64,000 nt of DNA from Alphaproteobacteria bacterium (GTDB lineage Bacteria > Pseudomonadota > Alphaproteobacteria > JAGOMX01), in contig JBGSQK010000046.1 in NCBI GenBank assembly GCA_041738135.1, positions 390-64,389 of the forward strand, read 5' to 3'. The notes under the pieces are model-generated. The model did no database searches and was not told the origin of the DNA. It saw only the letters and a program-made list of their open reading frames with translations. Both the position numbers and the translations under genes were made by a program. Shown here piece after piece: positions 58,600 through 64,000 of this stretch (the first letter of the stretch is position 1; every line of letters begins with the position of its first letter).

Positions 58600-58698
58600 G
58601 TGGAATTTTGCCCGATGCCTTTTTGTTAATAATTTGACACACAGAATTAAGATCGATAAAACTTATAAATCTAATGAGTAAATTCAACGAGGTAACCC

Positions 58699-59541
58699 AT
58701 GAAGAAAATATTTCTAAATTCCATAGTAGGTTTTGTAATGGCCACAAATGCTATGGCGAGCCAGAGCTCAAGTGAATCCGTATGGGAGACTGCCGTCGTT
58801 AATAACAGTGAACCAGCCTCAGCTAAGTATCTAAGGGATGAAGGTGTTTTAGAACTGTTCGATCCAGAGCAAAACACAGGATCTCTTTTTATATTTTTAG
58901 ATCTCATTTCAACTGCTGACTGTAAAGACTTAACCGAATGTCTCAAGCAAAGCGGCATATGGGATAGGTGCAAAGAAGACCAGGGTGGGGCAGGACTCTA
59001 TAAATTATATGGAATGTTAGCTGGTAGCCGGCAATTTAATAAAGACAAGGCCGTGAAAATAGGAGATTGGATAAAGGCTCTTCCTGTTATGAAAACAGCC
59101 AGCTTTGGTGCCCTACGGGATTTATTTCTACAATTCATGGACGCAGATTTCCCCAGCATCCTAGAGGCAGAAAACATAGGCTCTATGTATGTTGAAGAAA
59201 ATAAAGGTGCCAATAATTGCTATGAAGGCTATAGCCCCAATGAACCCTGGATCGTTTTCTACACAGCCTTGTTAGACTCCGATAAACCCAATTCAACCAT
59301 AAAAAATATCGTTGATAAGTTAGTGACCAAGGGCCGCCCTATGGACAGAATTAATACATTACACCGGATTTTTCAATTCAATGGCCTTAAATCTTCTCTT
59401 GCCCAATCATTTCTAAATAAACTAGGCCTGTCAGGTTCTGATCTAGGGGACATAGAAGAGTTCTATAGCCAACTATATGTAAAATTTGGCGGCTTTAAAT
59501 TTGCGAGTGATGGCAGTAAATATGTATATCTGAGCAATTAG
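58699..59541 (+). CDS. Hypothetical secreted protein
   Basis: Signal peptide MKKIFLNSIVGFVMATNAMA. 280 aa. Confidence 0.45.
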   Translation: MKKIFLNSIVGFVMATNAMASQSSSESVWETAVVNNSEPASAKYLRDEGVLELFDPEQNTGSLFIFLDLISTADCKDLTECLKQSGIWDRCKEDQGGAGLYKLYGMLAGSRQFNKDKAVKIGDWIKALPVMKTASFGALRDLFLQFMDADFPSILEAENIGSMYVEENKGANNCYEGYSPNEPWIVFYTALLDSDKPNSTIKNIVDKLVTKGRPMDRINTLHRIFQFNGLKSSLAQSFLNKLGLSGSDLGDIEEFYSQLYVKFGGFKFASDGSKYVYLSN

Positions 59542-59567
59542 TTGAAAAGTGTGATTTTCTAATCCCC

Positions 59568-59881
59568 CATCATCCAGAGCGCGCCTTGGCAAGGCCCCCG
59601 TAATTGCGAGCCCCTTTTGGGGCGTGGCAATCCACTTTGATGTAACCGTTTATACATTGATTTTTCGTGAGGAAAAAAGTAAATTGCCACGCCTCAGGAG
59701 GGGCTCGTAATGACGGGTCAGAGTAGTGTACTATTTCATTGCTTGAACAAAAAAGATATTTTCCATAGCCTCTAAAGCCATCCACTCTTTATGGTCCATA
59801 GAGAGCTGCTATCGCTGCGCTTATTCTCTGGATTCCACGCTAACTCAACTACACCGAGCCGCGCTATGAATGATGATGCAT
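59568..59881. repeat. Family B element copy 3, disrupted by a nested family A element (A3 at 59598-59716)
   Basis: The left arm catcatccagagcgcgccttggcaaggc runs directly into ccgtaattgcgagcccc...ggggctcgtaatgacgg (A3). The right half, agagagctgctatcgctgcgcttattctctggattccacgc...gagccgcgctatgaatgatg, is homologous to the B1 right half. The ORF-track ORF 59570-59785 is a translation of the repeat. Confidence 0.7.
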
Positions 59882-59925
59882 TAGATAAGTTATACCATTT
59901 CCAATAAAAAGCTGTTCGAATGCTC

Positions 59926-60062
59926 CCCCGTGCCTCCCCGGTCTCGAGCCGGGGTTCAGCGCAATAAGTGGAGCGCTAGCGACTCTGAATGTACTATGCA
60001 GAGCTGCAAGCAGCACATTTTTTCGCTGGCCCCCGGCTCAAGGCCAGGGAGGCACGGGAGGG
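59926..60062. repeat. MITE-like palindromic element, family C copy 2
   Basis: cccccgtgcctccccggtctcgagccggggttcagcgcaataagtggagcgctagcg...gctggcccccggctcaaggccagggaggcacggg. Confidence 0.8.
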
Positions 60063-60257
60063 CTGCTGTTGTAAGTTAATTTCCGGAAATGGTATTATTT
60101 CCCGAAATTAGTATTAAGCGGCGCAAGCGTGGGATCTTCTAATACCGCAGAATAATTTTAGTAGATCAAACTGCTACATTGAGAGAGCTGAGTAAAACTT
60201 AAACGAAATCTAATCCAAATAAGACCCAATACCCTCCCACAGCAATATCAGAAAAGA

Positions 60258-60290
60258 AAAAAGCCAGCTCCTAAGAGCTGGCTTTAACAA
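60258..60290 (-). terminator. Rho-independent terminator of the rplQ operon
   Basis: On the minus strand, gccagctc-ttag-gagctggc is followed by TTTTTTCTTTTCTG, just past the rplQ stop at 60333. Confidence 0.65.
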
Positions 60291-60332
60291 ATTCTATACA
60301 TTGATTTGAATCAGAAACCTTAAAGTTAAACC

Positions 60333-60758
60333 TTAAGACTTCGTCTCCAATTCACCTTCTTCGTTAACTTCATCATAGCGAGCGCGTTTGTCGGCTACTA
60401 CGTTGTTATCAACCAGTTCGATGATCGCCATTGGAGCGTTGTCGCCGTGACGGAAACCAGCCTTAACGATCCGCACATAACCGCCTTGACGGTCCTTATA
60501 GCGCTCAGCCAACGCACCAATGAGCTTTGAAACATTCTCATTGTCACGCAAGATTGCGTTCGCGTTACGACGGTTGTGCAAGCTGCCTAGCTTACCCAAT
60601 GTAATTAGCTTTTCCACATAAGGACGCAAATCCTTAGCTTTTGGCAGAGTCGTTTTAATTTGCTCGTGCCTGATTAGTGAGTTAGCCAAGTTTGCAAGTA
60701 ACGCGCGGCGATGGCCTGAACGACGGTTAAACTTACGACCTGATAATGCGTGCCTCAT
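60333..60758 (-). CDS. rplQ: 50S ribosomal protein L17
   Basis: [25 protein letters not shown] is the canonical L17 N-terminus. Confidence 0.95.
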   Translation of the reverse strand: MRHALSGRKFNRRSGHRRALLANLANSLIRHEQIKTTLPKAKDLRPYVEKLITLGKLGSLHNRRNANAILRDNENVSKLIGALAERYKDRQGGYVRIVKAGFRHGDNAPMAIIELVDNNVVADKRARYDEVNEEGELETKS

Positions 60759-60781
60759 AACGTATACTCCTCAATACCGTA

Positions 60782-61798
60782 TTAGAAAGGTTCTTCTATT
60801 CTTTTTGCTAGTTCCTCGATGTTCTCTGGAGGCCAATCAGGTACATTCATACCCAATTCAAGTCCCATTTGCACCAGAACTTCTTTAATTTCATTGAGCG
60901 ACTTACGACCAAAGTTAGGTGTCCGTAGCATTTCGCCCTCTGATTTTTGAACGAGATCGCCAATGTAGACGATGTTCTCATTCTTCAAGCAGTTAGCAGA
61001 ACGTACTGAAAGCTCAAGCTCTTCCACTTTACGCAAAAGATTGCGGTTGAATGGAATTTCACTTTCTTCAGCTTTATGCTCAACAGTCTTAGGCTCTTCA
61101 AAGTTGATAAACATTTGAAGCTGGTCCTGCATAATACGTGCAGCAAAAGCAACTGCATCCTCAGCCGTGATCGTTCCATTTGTTTCTATGGTCAGCATAA
61201 GCTTGTCATAGTCAGTAACTTGGCCTACACGGGTGTTATCCACCTTGTAAGATACATTACGTACAGGACTGAAGATAGAATCGATTGGAATCGTGCCAAT
61301 AGGCATATCTTCACGACGATTTTGATCCGCAGTCACATAACCCTTGCCGAGCTCAACAGTCAGCTCCATATTGAGAACACCACCCTCACTGACCGTACAA
61401 ATATGCACCTCAGGGGATAGAATTTCAACGTCAGAAGGACATACGATTTGACTCGCATAAACCGGACCAGGCTTTGTGATGTTCAAACGAACTTTACGTG
61501 GACCTTCACTATGAAGACGCACAGCCAAAGTCTTAATGTTCAAGATAATGTCAGGAACATCTTCAAGAACGCCAGGCAGAGTTGAAAACTCATGCAGAGC
61601 GCCTTCCATTTGAATAGAAGTTACGGCCGCGCCTTGCAAAGACGACAATAGAACACGCCTAAGTGCATTACCTAGGGTTGTTCCAAAACCGCGTTCAAGG
61701 GGCTCTGCCACTAATGTTACTCGATGAGCAGCCCCTGATACAGGCTGTACATCTAGATTATTTGGCTTAATAAGTGTCTGCCAGTTATTCTGTATCAC
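60782..61798 (-). CDS. rpoA: DNA-directed RNA polymerase alpha subunit
   Basis: 338 aa with the NTD motif [15 protein letters not shown] and an alpha-CTD region. Confidence 0.95.
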   Translation of the reverse strand: MIQNNWQTLIKPNNLDVQPVSGAAHRVTLVAEPLERGFGTTLGNALRRVLLSSLQGAAVTSIQMEGALHEFSTLPGVLEDVPDIILNIKTLAVRLHSEGPRKVRLNITKPGPVYASQIVCPSDVEILSPEVHICTVSEGGVLNMELTVELGKGYVTADQNRREDMPIGTIPIDSIFSPVRNVSYKVDNTRVGQVTDYDKLMLTIETNGTITAEDAVAFAARIMQDQLQMFINFEEPKTVEHKAEESEIPFNRNLLRKVEELELSVRSANCLKNENIVYIGDLVQKSEGEMLRTPNFGRKSLNEIKEVLVQMGLELGMNVPDWPPENIEELAKRIEEPF

Positions 61799-61827
61799 TT
61801 ACCTGTCTCCGATCTCGTAATTAATAA

Positions 61828-62220
61828 TTAAACACGACGTGCTTTGGGTGGACGAACCCCATTGTGCGGAATCGGTGTTACGTCACGAATAGACGTAATA
61901 ATAAATCCAACCGCATGAAGCGCACGTAGTGCAGCCTCACGTCCAGACCCTGGGCCAGTTACCTCAACTTCTAAGGTCTTAACACCATGCTCCATAGCCT
62001 TACGACCAACATCCTCAGCAGCCAGCTGTGCGGCATAGGGGGTCGACTTCTTCGAACCCTTAAAACCACATGATCCCGATGATGACCACGCTAGTGAGTT
62101 ACCATGTGGATCAGCTATTGTGATCAAAGTATTATTGAAAGTTGCATTTATATGTGCAATTCCAGTTGGTACATTTTTACGATCGCGACGACGAAGTCGT
62201 GTAGTATTCTTTTGTGTCAT
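61828..62220 (-). CDS. rpsK: 30S ribosomal protein S11
   Basis: [18 protein letters not shown] ... C-terminal PHNG(V/C)RPPKARRV. Confidence 0.95.
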   Translation of the reverse strand: MTQKNTTRLRRRDRKNVPTGIAHINATFNNTLITIADPHGNSLAWSSSGSCGFKGSKKSTPYAAQLAAEDVGRKAMEHGVKTLEVEVTGPGSGREAALRALHAVGFIITSIRDVTPIPHNGVRPPKARRV

Positions 62221-62236
62221 AGAACAAACCTATCAA

Positions 62237-62605
62237 CTATTTCTTTTTGCCCGCTACAGTCTTTTTCTTACCTTTACGGGTACGAGCGTTCGAATTTGTA
62301 CGCTGACCACGAACAGGCAAACCTTTACGGTGACGAATACCGCGATAACAGCCTAAATCTTGCAATCGCTTTATATTCATACCGATTTCACGACGCAGAT
62401 CACCTTCTACGTGATAATCACTATCAATGATCTCACGTATTTTGACGATCTCGTCATCACTTAACTCATTGACCCGTGCAGAGCTTTTGATAGATGCTTT
62501 TTCGCAAATATCAGCCGCATGCTTACGTCCAATTCCAAATATATATGTTAAGCCAATAACCACCCTTTTGTCTGATGGTATATTTATGCCCGCAATACGC
62601 GCCAC
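62237..62605 (-). CDS. rpsM: 30S ribosomal protein S13
   Basis: [10 protein letters not shown]...GIGR...[17 protein letters not shown]. Confidence 0.95.
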   Translation of the reverse strand: MARIAGINIPSDKRVVIGLTYIFGIGRKHAADICEKASIKSSARVNELSDDEIVKIREIIDSDYHVEGDLRREIGMNIKRLQDLGCYRGIRHRKGLPVRGQRTNSNARTRKGKKKTVAGKKK

Positions 62606-62677
62606 CGTGCATACTCCTTTTTCTATTCAAAAAATCTTAACGAATGTATACCTGATTAACTTCCAAAGTCAACCATA

Positions 62678-63355
62678 TTAACAAACCTCTCTGAGAAGTT
62701 CAGCTTGTTTATCATCAATAACACGATCAATGAGGCTTGTAACCGTTTCAATAGACTGATTTCCATCGATTCGGACCACACAACCTTGCCCATCATAATA
62801 TTGAATAATGTCTTCCGTTTCCCGCTTATAAGTATCAAAGCGAGTACGAATTACCTCTTCTGTATCGTCAGCCCGCTGGATAAATTCGGTACTACCGCAT
62901 TTATCGCACACACCCTCTATAATGGGCATATGGCTGCTAGACGAATAAATTACACCGCATTTAGCACAAGTAAATCGATTCAATATACGTGAAATAAGGT
63001 GCTCCTCATCCACATTCAGCATTATTATGCTATCGATTTTCATGCCATTCTCGTTTAAGAAACCATCCAAAAACTGACCTTGATCCAAGGTGCGTGGATA
63101 ACCATCAAAAACGATACCTTTAGAGCCCTTCAACTTTAATATGGTTGAAGCGACCATCTGGTTAATTATTTCGGAATCAGGAAACTTTCCCGACTCAACA
63201 ATTTCTTGAACTTTCTTGCCAATCAGAGTTCGATCCTTAATTTCTTGTCGGATCATATCCCCTGTTGATAATTTATACAATCCATATTTTTCAGCTATGT
63301 GGGTGCATTGCGTACCTTTGCCTGCACCTGGTGGGCCAAAAAGTATTATATTCAA
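62678..63355 (-). CDS. adk: Adenylate kinase (with a zinc-binding LID)
   Basis: P-loop [10 protein letters not shown] and LID cysteines CxxC...CxxC. It sits between secY and rpsM, as in the alphaproteobacterial spc/alpha region. Confidence 0.95.
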   Translation of the reverse strand: MNIILFGPPGAGKGTQCTHIAEKYGLYKLSTGDMIRQEIKDRTLIGKKVQEIVESGKFPDSEIINQMVASTILKLKGSKGIVFDGYPRTLDQGQFLDGFLNENGMKIDSIIMLNVDEEHLISRILNRFTCAKCGVIYSSSSHMPIIEGVCDKCGSTEFIQRADDTEEVIRTRFDTYKRETEDIIQYYDGQGCVVRIDGNQSIETVTSLIDRVIDDKQAELLREVC

Positions 63356-64000
63356 TTCTTCCTACCTTTCAGGCGGGATTTTTTAATAAGGCCCTCATAC
63401 TGATGCGCAAGCAAATGGGACTGTATTTGAGACATGGTGTCCATACCTACACCAACAACGATCAGCAAGCTAGTACCGCCTAAATAGAAAGGTACGCTGT
63501 ATTGAGAAATAAGCAGCTCAGGCAATACGCAGACAGCCGAAAGATATATGGCGCCGATAACCGTAAGCCTGGTCAAAAGATAGTCCAAATACTCAGATGT
63601 GTTCTTGCCAGGACGGTACCCAGGCACAAAACCGCCGTTCTTCTTAAGATTCTCAGCCGTCTCATCAGGGTTAAATATGATGGAGGTATAGAAGAATGCA
63701 AAGAATGTGATCAGGGACACGAATATAATAAAGTACAGCGGCTGCCCATGCCCAAGATAACTAGAGAGACTTGAGAAGAAGCCTGCATTTTGATCGGCTG
63801 GCATGAAAGCCAACACTGAAACTGGTATACCAAGCAACGCGCTCGCAAAGATAGGCGGTATCACACCGGAGCTGTTGATCTTAATAGGTAAATGTGTGGA
63901 TTGCCCACCAAATATCTTATTGCCCACTTGACGCTTCGGGTACTGGACCAAAACGCGACGTTGTGCCCGCTCCATAAAGACGATGAAGGTAATCACACCA
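63352..64000 (-). CDS. secY: Preprotein translocase SecY, C-terminal part; the gene continues beyond the window end
   Basis: The C-terminal TM segments and the basic tail ...[15 protein letters not shown] are typical of SecY. The ORF-track entry begins at an internal Met. Confidence 0.9.
   Translation of the reverse strand, partial: GVITFIVFMERAQRRVLVQYPKRQVGNKIFGGQSTHLPIKINSSGVIPPIFASALLGIPVSVLAFMPADQNAGFFSSLSSYLGHGQPLYFIIFVSLITFFAFFYTSIIFNPDETAENLKKNGGFVPGYRPGKNTSEYLDYLLTRLTVIGAIYLSAVCVLPELLISQYSVPFYLGGTSLLIVVGVGMDTMSQIQSHLLAHQYEGLIKKSRLKGRKN

Noticed and set aside
1-64000. CRISPR arrays, rRNA genes, complete tRNA genes, prophage or integrase genes
   Set aside because: I saw no regularly spaced short direct repeats with unique spacers, no rRNA-like conserved blocks, no cloverleaf-foldable tRNA, and no integrase or transposase ORFs. 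The repeats present are palindromic MITE-like elements.

Overview
This window looks like a chromosomal segment from an obligate intracellular alphaproteobacterium, possibly a Holosporales/Rickettsiales-like amoeba symbiont; I cannot name the genus from sequence alone.

The lineage is inferred from a Rickettsia/Chlamydia-type ATP/ADP translocase (Tlc), a near-canonical CtrA, and alpha-type gene orders (petABC, secY-adk-rpsM-rpsK-rpoA-rplQ).

The core is a complete mraZ-rsmH-ftsL-ftsI-murE-murF-mraY-murD-ftsW-murG block on the minus strand, plus nuoAB, cspA with a DEAD-box helicase, rarA, htrA and fdxA. Between these sit accessory genes:
- a two-partner-secretion pair (tpsB, then a very large tpsA that runs off the window start);
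- three Sec-signal-bearing eukaryote-like F-box proteins;
- a CX5R protein-tyrosine-phosphatase-like protein;
- a signal-peptide-bearing class-I SAM methyltransferase;
- a tricorn protease homologue;
- a Vat-type streptogramin acetyltransferase;
- an MNT/HepT toxin-antitoxin pair;
- a run of orphan secreted proteins.

rnpB (RNase P RNA) is present on the minus strand and is missed by the ORF track.

The strongest non-genic signal is a superfamily of 110-170 bp palindromic MITE-like elements. At least 11 copies fall into four arm families (A-D); B, C and D share an internal core, and each terminal arm ends in a small GC tetraloop hairpin. Related observations:
- one small GIY-YIG nuclease gene is bracketed by two direct D-type copies;
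- one element is nested inside another;
- two copies sit inside perfect 16-20 bp outer inverted repeats;
- a repeat remnant appears to supply the C-terminal tail of MurG.

No CRISPR array and no complete tRNA or rRNA gene were found.
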